From Phycisphaerae bacterium (GTDB taxonomy: Bacteria; Planctomycetota; Phycisphaerae; UBA1845; Fen-1342), in the NCBI GenBank assembly GCA_050115495.1, contig JASFQK010000031.1:1-64000 (forward strand): 64,000 bases of DNA, read 5' to 3'. A program made the translations under genes and the position numbers. Each line of letters opens with the position of its first letter. Position 1 is the first letter of the stretch. Below, piece after piece: positions 54,206 to 64,000 of the stretch. The notes under the pieces are model-generated. The model ran no database searches. It was given only the letters and a program-made list of their open reading frames with translations, and was not told the DNA's origin.

Positions 54206-55777
54206 TTACAGCGGGATCAGGCCGTGCTTCTTCTCGGGCCGCATCTCGCGCTTGGTTTCGAGCGCTTCGAGCGCCGCCGCGACATAACGCCGCGTGTCGG
54301 CCGGCTCGATGATGTTGTCGATCAGGCGACGGGCGGCGGCCACGTACGGCGTGGCGAACGTCGAGCGGTACAGGTCGATCAGCTCGGCCCGGCGTGCCGC
54401 CGGATCCTCCGCCGCCTTAATCTCCTTGCTGAACACGACGTTCACGGCGCCCTCGGCGCCCATGACGGCGATCTCGGCGCTGGGCCAGGCGGCACAGCGG
54501 TCGGCACCCAGGTCCTTGCCGCACATGGCCAGGTACGCCCCGCCGTACGCCTTGCGCAGGACGATGCTGACCTTGGGCACGGTGGCCGCCGAGTAGGCGA
54601 AGAGCATCTTCGCCCCGTGGCGGATGATGCCGCCGTACTCCTGCTTCACACCCGGCATGAAGCCCGGCACGTCGACGAACGTCACCAGCGGGATGTTGAA
54701 CGCGTTGCAGAAGCGGACGAAGCGGGAGACTTTGTCGGAGCTGTCGATATCCAGCGCGCCGGCCATGACCATCGGCTGGTTGCCGACGATGCCGATCGGC
54801 CGGCCGAGAATCCGCCCGAAGCCGACGATGACGTTCTGGGCGAAGTGCTCCTGCACCTCTAGGAAATCGTGGTTGTCGACGACACGCTGCACGACGTGCC
54901 GCATGTCGAACGCCTTTTTCGGATCGTCGGGGATGATGTGGTTCAGCTCTTCGTCGAGTTCGATCACGCCGTCGTGCTCCAGCCGCGGCGGCGATTCGAG
55001 GTTGTTCGACGGCAGGAAGCCGAGCAGCTTCTTGCAGATCTGGACGGCGTGGCGGTCGTCGTCGGCCACGAAGTGCACGACGCCCGAGTAGCTCATCTGC
55101 GCTTCGGGTCCGCCGAGCTGTTCGGCGGTGACTTCCTCGCCCGTCACCTGCTTGATGACCGCCGGGCCGGTGATGAACATCTGCGCCTGGCGTGTCTGGA
55201 TGATGAAATCGGTCAGCGCCGGGCTGTACGCCGCCCCGCCGGCACACGGCCCGCAGATCAGCGAAACCTGCGGCACCACGCCCGACAGCAGCACGTTGTG
55301 ATAGAAGACGCGGCCGTAGCCGGCGAGACTGTCGATGCCCTCCTGCACGCGGGCCCCGCCCGAGTCGTTGATGAAGATGAACGGGCTGCCGGTCTTCAGA
55401 GAAGCGGCCATCGTCTCGGCGATCTTCTCGGAGTGGACCTGGCCGGCCGCGCCGCCGCTGACAGTGAAGTCCTGACTGGCGAAGTACACGAGACGGCCGT
55501 CAATCGCCCCGACGCCGGTGACAACGCCGTCGGCGGGCAGTTCCTTGCCCTCCAATCCGAAGTGCGTGCAGCGGTGCTGCGCGAACAGGAAGCCTTCCTG
55601 AAAGCTCTCCGGATCGAGCAGCACGTCGATGCGCTCGCGCGCCGTCAGCTTGCCCGCCTGGTGCTGCTTGTCGATGCGGGCCTTACCACCACCCAGTTCA
55701 TACCGGGCCCGTCGCGTGCGCAGCTCCTCGATCTTCTCACGATTGCTGAGCACGCGCTTCGCGGGAGTTTCGGACAT
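54206..55777 (-). CDS. mmdA: Methylmalonyl-CoA decarboxylase alpha / acyl-CoA carboxyltransferase subunit
   Basis: GKLTARERI, DGVVTG, QDFTV.GG, DSGGARVQEG, GPCAGGAAYSPALTD, DVPGFMPG..QE.GGIIRHGAK, KKHGLIPL. Confidence 0.9.
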   Translation of the reverse strand: MSETPAKRVLSNREKIEELRTRRARYELGGGKARIDKQHQAGKLTARERIDVLLDPESFQEGFLFAQHRCTHFGLEGKELPADGVVTGVGAIDGRLVYFASQDFTVSGGAAGQVHSEKIAETMAASLKTGSPFIFINDSGGARVQEGIDSLAGYGRVFYHNVLLSGVVPQVSLICGPCAGGAAYSPALTDFIIQTRQAQMFITGPAVIKQVTGEEVTAEQLGGPEAQMSYSGVVHFVADDDRHAVQICKKLLGFLPSNNLESPPRLEHDGVIELDEELNHIIPDDPKKAFDMRHVVQRVVDNHDFLEVQEHFAQNVIVGFGRILGRPIGIVGNQPMVMAGALDIDSSDKVSRFVRFCNAFNIPLVTFVDVPGFMPGVKQEYGGIIRHGAKMLFAYSAATVPKVSIVLRKAYGGAYLAMCGKDLGADRCAAWPSAEIAVMGAEGAVNVVFSKEIKAAEDPAARRAELIDLYRSTFATPYVAAARRLIDNIIEPADTRRYVAAALEALETKREMRPEKKHGLIPL

Positions 55778-55809
55778 GTCGCAAGGCTCCTTGCCGGACG
55801 GACCGCGCG

Positions 55810-56229
55810 TCAGGAATGCCGAGGCGCCGGCTCGCAGAGTTCGGTCAGCACGCCGCCGGTGGCCTTCGGATGCAGGAACGCGATGCGCGATTCATGCGCC
55901 CCAGGGCGCGGTTCTTCGTCAATCAGACGCACGCCGGCGGCTTTGAGCTCGGCCAGGCGCGCCGACAGATCGGACACCGAATAGGCAATGTGGTGGACGC
56001 CCTCGCCGCGCTTTTCGAGGAACGCCGCCACCGGGCTGGTCGCCTCCGTCGGCTCGAGCAGCTCCAGGCGCACCGGTCCGACGGTGAAGAACGCCACGCG
56101 CACCTTCTGCCCGGGCACCGTCTCCTCGCCCTCGTAGTGGGCTCCGAGAACCTTCTCGTAGAACGACCTCGCCTCCGTAATGCTGTGGACGGCGATGCCG
56201 ACGTGACTTACGCCTTCTACCGGCTTCAT
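55810..56229 (-). CDS. mce: Methylmalonyl-CoA epimerase
   Basis: HVGIAV, Q.VRVAF, ELLEP, FLEKRGEGVHHIA, FLHPK.TGGVL.EL. Confidence 0.93.
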   Translation of the reverse strand: MKPVEGVSHVGIAVHSITEARSFYEKVLGAHYEGEETVPGQKVRVAFFTVGPVRLELLEPTEATSPVAAFLEKRGEGVHHIAYSVSDLSARLAELKAAGVRLIDEEPRPGAHESRIAFLHPKATGGVLTELCEPAPRHS

Positions 56230-56293
56230 CGAACGGCTCCGTTTGCGAGCGCCGCCGCCACACCGGCGGCCGGCAGTTCAGGCCCTAACGCTA

Positions 56294-56309
56294 TGCAAGA
56301 TGCATGCCT
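56294..56309 (-). promoter_or_regulatory. Sigma54 promoter candidate of the mce-mmd operon
   Basis: Minus strand AGGCATGCATCTTGCA, with GG and GC at -24/-12 spacing, about 65 nt before mce. Confidence 0.5.
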
Positions 56310-56600
56310 CTTCCATCGTGAAGAGCGAACAAGCGGCCGCACACCGACGGCCATCGGCGATTGCGGACAGCCAATATGCGTGAATGGCTCACAACCGGGC
56401 CGTCCGCCGATGTGCCGAGAACGGCGGTGGCTGGAACAGAATGTGCTTCCGGGGTGTGAGGCCCCCCTGTCGCCGAGGAGCTGTCCCCGCCGCAGCGGGC
56501 CGTGACCGTGGGGCGGTGCGCGATTTCGAGCGCGCCCTGCGTGAGGAGCGCAACGCCGGAGCACCGACCGCCCCCCGAACAAGATTCACAGGAACGCCTG

Positions 56601-58727
56601 ATGTTGCCACCGCAACCCGACCTGGCTGAAGACTTCCCACCTGTACCCTACGAAAACTGGCGACAACTCGTCGAAGAGGACCTGAACGGCGCCCCCTTTG
56701 AGCGCCGCCTCGTCACCCACACGTACGAGGGCGTCCAGATCCAGCCGGTCTACAGCGCCCATCACTGGCCCTCCGCCGGCGACCCCAGCGGCCTGCCCGG
56801 CCTGCCGCCCTACACCCGCGGCGGCCAGCCCCTCGGCGGCGCCCGGCACGGCTGGCTGATCGAGCAGGAGCATACCTACCCCTGCCCGCAGAAAGCCAAC
56901 GCCGCCATCCTCGACGATCTCGCCCACGGGGTGAACTCGCTCATCCTTCGCTTCGACCGCGCCGCTCGCACCGGCCTCGATCCCGGCGACGATCGCGCCG
57001 CCGACCTCGTCGGCCGCGACGGCATCATGATCTACAACGTCGACGACCTCGACCTGGTCCTCAAGGACGTCCGGCCCGAGCTGATCAACATCTCGCTCGA
57101 AGCCGGCACCGGCTTCCGCCTGGCGGCCGCCCTGCTCGTGGCGCTCTGGCAGCGGCGCGGGGTCAGCTTCGCCGAGGCCCGCGGCGCGTTCAACGCTGAC
57201 CCGCTGGCGACGCTGGTCCGCGCCGGCTGGCTGCCAGTCCCGCTCGACGAAGCCATCCTGCGGATGGTCGACCTGGCCCGCTGGACGGATGAAAACCTGC
57301 CGAACGTGACGTCCGTCCGTGTCCGCACCGGCACGTACCACAACGCCGGCGCCACCGTCGTTCAGGACCTCGCCTTCTCGATGGCCACGGGCATCGAATA
57401 CCTGCGGGCCCTCACCGCCGGCGGCATGAGCGTTGGCGCCGCGGCCCGGCAGATTCTCTTCAGCTACAACGTCGGCTGCCACTTCTTCCTGGCGTCCGCC
57501 AAGCTCCGCGCCGCCCGCAAGCTCTGGGCCCGCGTGGTCGAAGCCTGTGGCGGCGACGCCGACGCGCAAACCATGCGCATGAGCGTCCGCACGAGCCGGC
57601 GGGTCATGACCCGTCGCGACCCGTGGGTGAACATGCTGCGGAACACGGTGTGCTGCTTCGCCGGAGCCATCGCCGGCGCCGACGCCGTCAACTCGCAGCC
57701 CTTCGACGCCGCCCTCGGCCTGCCCGACCGCTTCAGCCGCCGCATCGCCCGCAACACGCAGATCATCCTCCAGGAAGAAGCCCACCTGCACCGAGCCATC
57801 GACCCCGCCGGCGGAAGCTGGTTCCTCGAGAACCTCACTGACGAATTGGCGGTCAAGGCCTGGGAGCTGCTTCAGGTCATCGAGGTGCTCGGCGGCATGA
57901 AGCAGGCGGTCCTCAGCGGCTGGATCGCCCGGCACATTGATGAGGCCTTCACGCCGCGGCGTAAGAACCTCGCCAAGCGCAAGGACCCCATCACCGGCGT
58001 GAGCGAATTCCCCAACCTCGCCGAGCAGCCCCTCGCCCGCGAGCAGCTCGACTACGTCGCCCTGCGCGACGCCGCGGTCCAGCGCCACGGCACTCGGCCG
58101 ACGACCGATGCCGGCCAGCGACTGCACCAGCTCATTGCCGACCGCGGCGCTTCGGGCGACGCAGTGATGCCGGCCCTGATCGACGCGGCCAAGGCGGGCA
58201 CCACCATCGGCGAGATTTACTCCGCCCTGACGCAGGATGCCGAAACGGTCCACATTACGCCGCTGTCGGCCCACCGCTTCGCCGAGGCCTTCGAGGCCCT
58301 GCGCGACGCGAGCGATGCGTACCTGGCGAAGACCGGGGCCCGCCCCAAGGTCTTCCTGGCCAACATGGGCCCCATCGCCCACCACACGGCGCGAGCCACG
58401 TACGCCCGCAACTTCTTCCAGGCCGGCGGCTTCGATGTGATCACCAACGACGGCTTCGCCCACGCCGACACCGCAGCCGAAGCCTGCCGGGAAAGCGGCG
58501 CGCACATCGCCGTGATCTGCTCTTCCGATACGCTGTACGAAACGGTCGTCGCCCAGGTCGCTCCGGCGCTCAAGGCCGCCGGCGCCCGCACGGTCGTCCT
58601 CGCCGGCCAGCCCGGCAACAAGGAGGCCGCCTACCAGGAGGCGGGGGTCGATCGCTTCATCTACATACGCTGCGACGTCCTGCAAACCCTGCAAGAGTTG
58701 CTGCGCGAGGAGGGAGTGCTGTCATGA
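56601..58727 (+). CDS. mutA: Methylmalonyl-CoA mutase small (non-catalytic) subunit
   Basis: [50 protein letters not shown]; lacks DxHxxG. Confidence 0.88.
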   Translation: MLPPQPDLAEDFPPVPYENWRQLVEEDLNGAPFERRLVTHTYEGVQIQPVYSAHHWPSAGDPSGLPGLPPYTRGGQPLGGARHGWLIEQEHTYPCPQKANAAILDDLAHGVNSLILRFDRAARTGLDPGDDRAADLVGRDGIMIYNVDDLDLVLKDVRPELINISLEAGTGFRLAAALLVALWQRRGVSFAEARGAFNADPLATLVRAGWLPVPLDEAILRMVDLARWTDENLPNVTSVRVRTGTYHNAGATVVQDLAFSMATGIEYLRALTAGGMSVGAAARQILFSYNVGCHFFLASAKLRAARKLWARVVEACGGDADAQTMRMSVRTSRRVMTRRDPWVNMLRNTVCCFAGAIAGADAVNSQPFDAALGLPDRFSRRIARNTQIILQEEAHLHRAIDPAGGSWFLENLTDELAVKAWELLQVIEVLGGMKQAVLSGWIARHIDEAFTPRRKNLAKRKDPITGVSEFPNLAEQPLAREQLDYVALRDAAVQRHGTRPTTDAGQRLHQLIADRGASGDAVMPALIDAAKAGTTIGEIYSALTQDAETVHITPLSAHRFAEAFEALRDASDAYLAKTGARPKVFLANMGPIAHHTARATYARNFFQAGGFDVITNDGFAHADTAAEACRESGAHIAVICSSDTLYETVVAQVAPALKAAGARTVVLAGQPGNKEAAYQEAGVDRFIYIRCDVLQTLQELLREEGVLS

Positions 58728-60931
58728 GCAACATCCCCAACTTCTCCAAAGTGGACTTCGCCGGCGGCGCCAAAGCCCAGGGCACGCTCGAAGACTGGCA
58801 GACGCGGGCCGCCGCGGCCGCGGGCACGGCCCTCGACCAACTCGCCTGGCACACGCCGGAAGGCATCGACGTCAAGCCGCTGTACACCGCCGCCGACCTC
58901 GATGGGCTCGAGCATCTGCACACGATGCCCGGTCTGCCGCCGTTCCTGCGGGGGCCGTACCCGACGATGTACGTCATGCGGCCGTGGACGGTGCGGCAGT
59001 ACGCCGGCTTCTCGACGGCTGAAGAGTCGAACGCGTTCTATCGCCGCAATCTCACCGCCGGCCAAAAGGGCCTGAGCATCGCCTTCGACCTGGCGACGCA
59101 CCGCGGTTACGACTCGGACCATCCGCGGGTGATGGGCGATGTGGGCATGGCCGGCGTGGCCATCGACAGCATCGAGGACATGCGCATCCTGTTCGACGGC
59201 ATTCCGCTCGACAAGATGAGCGTCTCCATGACCATGAACGGCGCCGTGCTGCCGGTGATGGCCCTCTACATCCTCGCCGCCGAGGAGCAGGGCGTCCGGC
59301 CGGAGCAGTTGGCCGGGACGATCCAGAACGACATCCTCAAGGAGTTCATGGTCCGCAACACGTACATCTACCCGCCCGAGCCGAGCATCCGCATCATCGC
59401 GGACATCTTCGCCTACACCAGCCGCCACATGCCGAAGTTCAACAGCATCAGCATCAGCGGCTATCACATGCAGGAGGCGGGAGCGACGGCCGACCTCGAG
59501 CTGGCGTATACGCTGGCCGACGGCCTCCAGTACGTGCGGACGGGCGTGCAGGCCGGGCTCGACGTCGACGCGTTCTGCCCGCGGCTGTCGTTCTTCTGGG
59601 GCATCGGCATGAACTTCTTCATGGAAGTGGCCAAGCTGCGGGCGGCGCGCGTGATCTGGGCGAAGCTCATCCGCCAGTTCAACCCGCAGAACCCGAAGAG
59701 CATGTCGCTGCGCACGCACAGCCAGACGAGCGGCTGGAGCCTGACGGCGCAGGACGTGTACAACAACGTCATCCGCACGTGCATCGAGGCCATGGGCGCC
59801 ACGCAGGGCCACACGCAGAGCCTACACACCAACGCCCTCGACGAAGCCCTCGCCCTGCCGACCGATTTCTCCGCCCGGATCGCCCGCAATACGCAGCTCT
59901 TCCTCCAGCAGGAAACGGACACGTGCTCCGTGGTCGATCCGTGGGGCGGGAGCTACTTCGTCGAGCGGCTGACGCATGAGCTGATCCACCGCGCGTGGGG
60001 CCACCTCCGCGAGATCGAGGAGCTCGGCGGCATGGCCAAGGCCATCGAGGCCGGCATTCCCAAGATGCGCATCGAGGAGGCCGCGGCCCGCACGCAGGCC
60101 CGCATCGACTCCGGCCGGCAGACGGTCGTCGGCGTCAACAAGTATCCGCTCGCCCAGGAAGAGAACGTCGAAGTGCTGAAGGTGGACAACACCTCGGTGC
60201 GCAACGCCCAGGTCACCCGGCTGAAGAAGCTGCGGGCCAACCGTGACGCCGGCCAGGTCGACGCCGCTTTGGCCGCGTTGACGCAGGCCGCCGAGACGGG
60301 CGAAGGGAATCTGCTGGCCCTGGCGATCGATGCGGCGCGGGCCCGGGCCACCGTGGGTGAGATCAGTTACGCACTCGAGCGCATCTACGGCCGCCACCAG
60401 GCGACCTCGCGCACGGTCAGAGGAGTGTACAGCAAAGAGATGGGTGAGAATCAGAGTTCAGTCCAGCGTGTCCGCGAGGCGGTCAACCGCTTCGAAGAAC
60501 GTGAAGGCCGCCGGCCGCGCATGCTCATCGTGAAGATGGGTCAGGACGGGCACGATCGCGGGCAGAAGGTCATCGCCACCGCTTTTGCCGATCTCGGCTT
60601 CGACGTGGACGTCGGCCCGCTGTTCCAGACGCCGGCCGAGAGCGCCCGCCAGGCGGTCGAGAACGACGTGCACGTGGTGGGTGTGAACTCGCTCGCCGCC
60701 GGCCACCTGACGCTGGTGCCGCAGCTTCGCGAGGAGTTGGCCCGCCTCGGCCGTGAGGACATCATGATCGTGGTCGGCGGCGTCATTCCGCCGCAGGACT
60801 ACAACGCGCTCTACGAGGCCGGCGCCGCGGCGATCTTCGGCCCCGGCACGGTCATCAGCAAGGCAGCCATCAAGCTCATGAACGAGCTCGAAGACCGCCT
60901 TGGCCTGACCGAGCCGGAACCGTCCCGCTGA
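58724..60931 (+). CDS. mutB: Methylmalonyl-CoA mutase large subunit (adenosylcobalamin-dependent)
   Basis: [52 protein letters not shown]12-binding motif; ATGA overlap with mutA. Confidence 0.96.
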   Translation: MSNIPNFSKVDFAGGAKAQGTLEDWQTRAAAAAGTALDQLAWHTPEGIDVKPLYTAADLDGLEHLHTMPGLPPFLRGPYPTMYVMRPWTVRQYAGFSTAEESNAFYRRNLTAGQKGLSIAFDLATHRGYDSDHPRVMGDVGMAGVAIDSIEDMRILFDGIPLDKMSVSMTMNGAVLPVMALYILAAEEQGVRPEQLAGTIQNDILKEFMVRNTYIYPPEPSIRIIADIFAYTSRHMPKFNSISISGYHMQEAGATADLELAYTLADGLQYVRTGVQAGLDVDAFCPRLSFFWGIGMNFFMEVAKLRAARVIWAKLIRQFNPQNPKSMSLRTHSQTSGWSLTAQDVYNNVIRTCIEAMGATQGHTQSLHTNALDEALALPTDFSARIARNTQLFLQQETDTCSVVDPWGGSYFVERLTHELIHRAWGHLREIEELGGMAKAIEAGIPKMRIEEAAARTQARIDSGRQTVVGVNKYPLAQEENVEVLKVDNTSVRNAQVTRLKKLRANRDAGQVDAALAALTQAAETGEGNLLALAIDAARARATVGEISYALERIYGRHQATSRTVRGVYSKEMGENQSSVQRVREAVNRFEEREGRRPRMLIVKMGQDGHDRGQKVIATAFADLGFDVDVGPLFQTPAESARQAVENDVHVVGVNSLAAGHLTLVPQLREELARLGREDIMIVVGGVIPPQDYNALYEAGAAAIFGPGTVISKAAIKLMNELEDRLGLTEPEPSR

Positions 60932-61065
60932 CGACTTCGCGATACGCCGCCGTCAGGCTTCGGTTAAGATAGACACGGTCCGCGGTGCGGCCGTCCGGCG
61001 TACGTGTTGCTGTTTCGGCCCGCGTGTGAGTCGGGCCGGCGGTCCGCAGTGTAGGCAAACCCGCG

Positions 61066-62133
61066 ATGTCCAGCGTTCCCGCCCAGACGCCCGAGCCGCG
61101 ACCCGTCCCGCCGACGCCGCCGCGCCCCGTCGCCCGCCGACGCCAGCTTTCGCTCGACGAGTACGCCGACGGTGTCCGCGCCGGCGATCGGGCCGTCCTC
61201 GCCCGAGCCATCACCCTCATCGAATCGCATAGCCCGCAGCACATCGACCTCGCCCAGCAACTGCTTACGCGCCTGATGCCCTTCACCGGCGGCGCCTGCC
61301 GGCTGGGCATCACAGGCGTTCCCGGCGTCGGCAAGAGCACGTTCATCGAGAGCTTCGGCCTGCACCTGACCAGCGAGGGACACCGCGTCGCCGTCCTGGC
61401 TATCGATCCGTCCAGCGGCATCTCCGGCGGCAGCATCCTCGGCGATAAGACGCGCATGGCCCAGCTTGCGATCGACCCGAACGCCTTTATCCGCCCGTCG
61501 CCCAGTGCCGGCACGCTCGGCGGCGTCGCCAGCAAGACGCGCGAGACGATGCTCGCCTGCGAGGCGGCGGGTTTCGACGTTGTGCTCATCGAGACGGTCG
61601 GCGTCGGGCAATCCGAGACGGTCGTCGCCGACATGACCGACTGCTTCCTGGCGTTGATGCTGCCGGGGGCGGGCGACGAGCTGCAGGGCATCAAGCGAGG
61701 CCTGCTCGAGTTCGCCGACCTGATCGCAGTGAACAAGGCCGACGGCGACAACGTGCCCGCCGCCGAGCGGGCCGCCGCCGAGTACCGCAGTGCTCTGCAC
61801 TTCATGCAGCCGCGTCTGGCCGACTGGACGCCGCCGGTGGTGACGTGCAGCGCCCGCCGGAACACGGGCCTGTGCGAGATCTGGGAGCAGGTGACCGCGT
61901 ATCGCCAACTCCTGGAGCAAACCGGCGTTCTCCAGGCTCGCCGGCGCGAGCAGACGTTGCGCTGGATGTGGACGATGGTGGACGAGCAACTTCGCGCCAA
62001 CCTCAAGGCTCATCCCGAGGTGAAGGCGACACTGCCCCGTCTCGAAGAAGAAGTCCGCGCCGGCCGGCTTCCGCCGACTCTCGGCGCCCGCACGTTGCTT
62101 AGGGCGTTTGGCGTTCTGAAGTCGGATGGGTAG
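61066..62133 (+). CDS. meaB: Methylmalonyl-CoA mutase-associated GTPase
   Basis: LARAITLIES, GITGVPGVGKST, DPSS..SGGSILGDKTRM, ETVGVGQSE, GDELQGIKRG, NKAD. Confidence 0.95.
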   Translation: MSSVPAQTPEPRPVPPTPPRPVARRRQLSLDEYADGVRAGDRAVLARAITLIESHSPQHIDLAQQLLTRLMPFTGGACRLGITGVPGVGKSTFIESFGLHLTSEGHRVAVLAIDPSSGISGGSILGDKTRMAQLAIDPNAFIRPSPSAGTLGGVASKTRETMLACEAAGFDVVLIETVGVGQSETVVADMTDCFLALMLPGAGDELQGIKRGLLEFADLIAVNKADGDNVPAAERAAAEYRSALHFMQPRLADWTPPVVTCSARRNTGLCEIWEQVTAYRQLLEQTGVLQARRREQTLRWMWTMVDEQLRANLKAHPEVKATLPRLEEEVRAGRLPPTLGARTLLRAFGVLKSDG

Positions 62134-62268
62134 CGCTTGGTTGCCGACATCCGCAGCGATGCCCGCGTTTCGGGGCAAGGCAACAAGGCAACGAGGCAAA
62201 GAAGACGCCACTACGCGTGGCACCGGTGGGTGCCACTGGTGGCTTGCCCACCAGTGCGAGCGCGGTGC

Positions 62269-62365
62269 GTGGCATGCCCAAGCTCTCAGGCGCGGGCATG
62301 AGCAGGCGTGAGCATGCCTGTACGGGGAGAAAGACATGCCGGCGCCTAAGGCTTCAGCATGCCAC
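62269..62365. repeat. REP/REPIN-like inverted repeat pair
   Basis: 62269-62300 GTGGCATGCCCAAGCTCTCAGGCGCGGGCATG versus reverse complement of 62335-62365 GTGGCATGCTGAAGCCTTAGGCGCCGGCATG. Confidence 0.6.
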
Positions 62366-62370
62366 ACTCC

Positions 62371-62424
62371 GGCTCATGGCTCACGGCTCAAGGCTCAGGG
62401 CTGACGGCTGACGGCTGACGGCTC
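62371..62424. repeat. Heptamer tandem repeat GGCT(C/G)A(N), about 7.5 copies
   Basis: ggctcat ggctcac ggctcaa ggctcag ggctgac ggctgac ggctgac ggctc. Confidence 0.85.
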
Positions 62425-62428
62425 GCAC

Positions 62429-64000
62429 CTACTTCGTCAACTCCGCCAGCTCGTCGCGAACCATGGCAGTCGCTTTGGCGATGGCCTTCGCCGGCGGGAG
62501 GGGCTGTTTGACGCCATCCCGGCGGTGGCTCAGCTCGACCACGCCGTCCTTGAGGCTCTTGCGGCCGACGACGATCCGCACGGGGATGCCGACGAGGTCC
62601 GCGTCCTTGAACTTGAACCCGGCCCGCTCGTCGCGATCATCGAACAGCACTTCGAGCCCGGCCGCCGCCAGCTCTGCCTGGATCTGTTCGGCGGTCTTCA
62701 CGACCTCGTCGTCACGCGGGTCGAGCGCCATGACCAGCACGTGGAACGGCGCGATGGACATTGGCCAGACGATACCGTTGTCGTCGTGGTGCGACTCGAT
62801 GGCCGCCGCGACGAGCCGGTTTACGCCGATGCCGTAGCAGCCCATGATCAGCGGCTGCGGCTTGCCCTCGCGCGTGAGGAACTGGGCCTCCATCGCCGCG
62901 CTGTACTTCGTCCCCAGCTTGAACACGTGGCCGATCTCGATGGCCGTGCGCATGCTCAGCGGACTGCCGCTGCCGGTCGGCGACAGATCGCCGGTGACGG
63001 CGTTGCGAATGTCGGCCACGACGACCTTCTCGCCCTCGATGGGGAAATCGCGACCCGGGTTGATGTTCCGCACGTGATAGTCCGTCTTGTTCGCTCCGCT
63101 GGCCGCGTTGCGCATGGTCGTCACGTCGCGGTCGATCACCATCAGGTCGATGCGCTCCAGCAACGTGTGCGGACCGGCGAAGCCGACACCCGCCCCCGTC
63201 ACTTCCTCGATCACCCGCGGATCGGCCAGCTCGAGCACCGCCCCCGCCGCCTTGTTCAGCTTGAACTCGTTGACGTCGTGGTTGCCGCGGACGAGGGCCA
63301 CGACGCGCAGCTCGCGCTCCTTGCCGTCGGCGCCGGTCACGCAACCGGTGTAGATGAGCGTCTTGATCATCTGCTCCGGCCGCGTGCCCATGAACGCGCA
63401 GACGTCCTCGACCTTGCCGTGTCCCGGTGTATGCACCTCTTCCATCGCCGCCGGCGCCTCGGTCTGGGCGGGCAACGGCTGGGTGGTGGCCCGTTCGAGG
63501 TTCGCCGCGTAGTCGCCGTTCTCGCTGAGCACGACGAGGTCTTCACCGGCGTCGGTCAGCACCATGAACTCGTGCGACACGTCGCCGCCGATTGCCCCAC
63601 TCTGCGCCTGCACCGCGAGATAGGGCAGGCCACATCGGGCGAAGATGTGGCAATACGCCTCGTACATGTTGTCGTACTCGCGGTCGAGGCACTCTTTCTC
63701 GGCGTGGAACGAGTACGCATCCTTCATGAGGAACTCACGCGTGCGCAGGATGCCGCTCTTCGGCCGAGCCTCGCCGCGGAACTTCGCCTGAATCTGGTAG
63801 AGCGTGATCGGGAGCTGCTTGTAGCTGTTCAGGTACGCCCGGGCGATCTCGGTGATGACCTCTTCGTGCGTCGGTCCGAGCACGGTGTTCGGCCGCCAGT
63901 CGCCCTCGGGCCCGCCAAGCCGCAGCAACACGTCACCCATCGCCGCCACGCGCCCCGTCTCCTGCCACAGCGAGAGCGGTTGCAGCACGGGCATGTGCAG
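62429..64000 (-). CDS. proS: Proline--tRNA ligase (5' end lies outside the window)
   Basis: LGPTHEE, KFRGE.RP..G.LR.REFLMKDAYSF, editing insertion domain, IEIGHVFKLGTKYS, MGCYGIG, GFKFKDADL.GIP. Confidence 0.96.
   Translation of the reverse strand: MHMPVLQPLSLWQETGRVAAMGDVLLRLGGPEGDWRPNTVLGPTHEEVITEIARAYLNSYKQLPITLYQIQAKFRGEARPKSGILRTREFLMKDAYSFHAEKECLDREYDNMYEAYCHIFARCGLPYLAVQAQSGAIGGDVSHEFMVLTDAGEDLVVLSENGDYAANLERATTQPLPAQTEAPAAMEEVHTPGHGKVEDVCAFMGTRPEQMIKTLIYTGCVTGADGKERELRVVALVRGNHDVNEFKLNKAAGAVLELADPRVIEEVTGAGVGFAGPHTLLERIDLMVIDRDVTTMRNAASGANKTDYHVRNINPGRDFPIEGEKVVVADIRNAVTGDLSPTGSGSPLSMRTAIEIGHVFKLGTKYSAAMEAQFLTREGKPQPLIMGCYGIGVNRLVAAAIESHHDDNGIVWPMSIAPFHVLVMALDPRDDEVVKTAEQIQAELAAAGLEVLFDDRDERAGFKFKDADLVGIPVRIVVGRKSLKDGVVELSHRRDGVKQPLPPAKAIAKATAMVRDELAELTK

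Noticed and set aside
62170..62428. Repeat cluster as a possible CRISPR array
   Set aside because: No constant 25-40 nt repeat with unique spacers, and no cas genes.

Overview
High-GC bacterial DNA. It is probably from Planctomycetota (Phycisphaerae-like), inferred from the dockerin-like 'NNFDIxPF' C-termini, the PEP-CTERM proteins, a prepilin/H-X9-DG protein, a prenyltransferase-repeat protein and a DUF2617-like protein. Contents in order: RidA; a secreted dockerin-tagged protein; rsgA; a methylcitrate operon with two citrate-synthase paralogs (prpD-gltA-prpB-prpC) followed by cls; a flagellar cluster (small ORF-flgFGAHIJNKL-fliW-csrA-two flagellins) with sigma54, sigma28 and CsrA-site candidates; a 14-repeat beta-propeller/dockerin protein; TPR and Zn-ribbon genes; a half-length uvrA; accA, tyrA (non-canonical start required), purL and ribF; a cell-surface cluster of four PEP-CTERM genes that includes a clear cobalamin riboswitch controlling a PEP-CTERM propeller, a BtuH-like dockerin protein and a pseudopilin; birA with a Na+-pumping methylmalonyl-CoA decarboxylase operon divergent from B12-dependent mutAB-meaB; REP-like repeats; and a partial proS. 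The best candidate for an undescribed system is the B12-riboswitch operon. It has surface-capture proteins and a pseudopilin but no BtuB or ABC transporter. It lies next to twin PEP-CTERM genes (possibly cohesin-like) that share a conserved structured 5' leader. No rRNA, tRNA, CRISPR array, transposase or reverse transcriptase was recognised. All family calls come from motifs recognised by eye; no searches were run.
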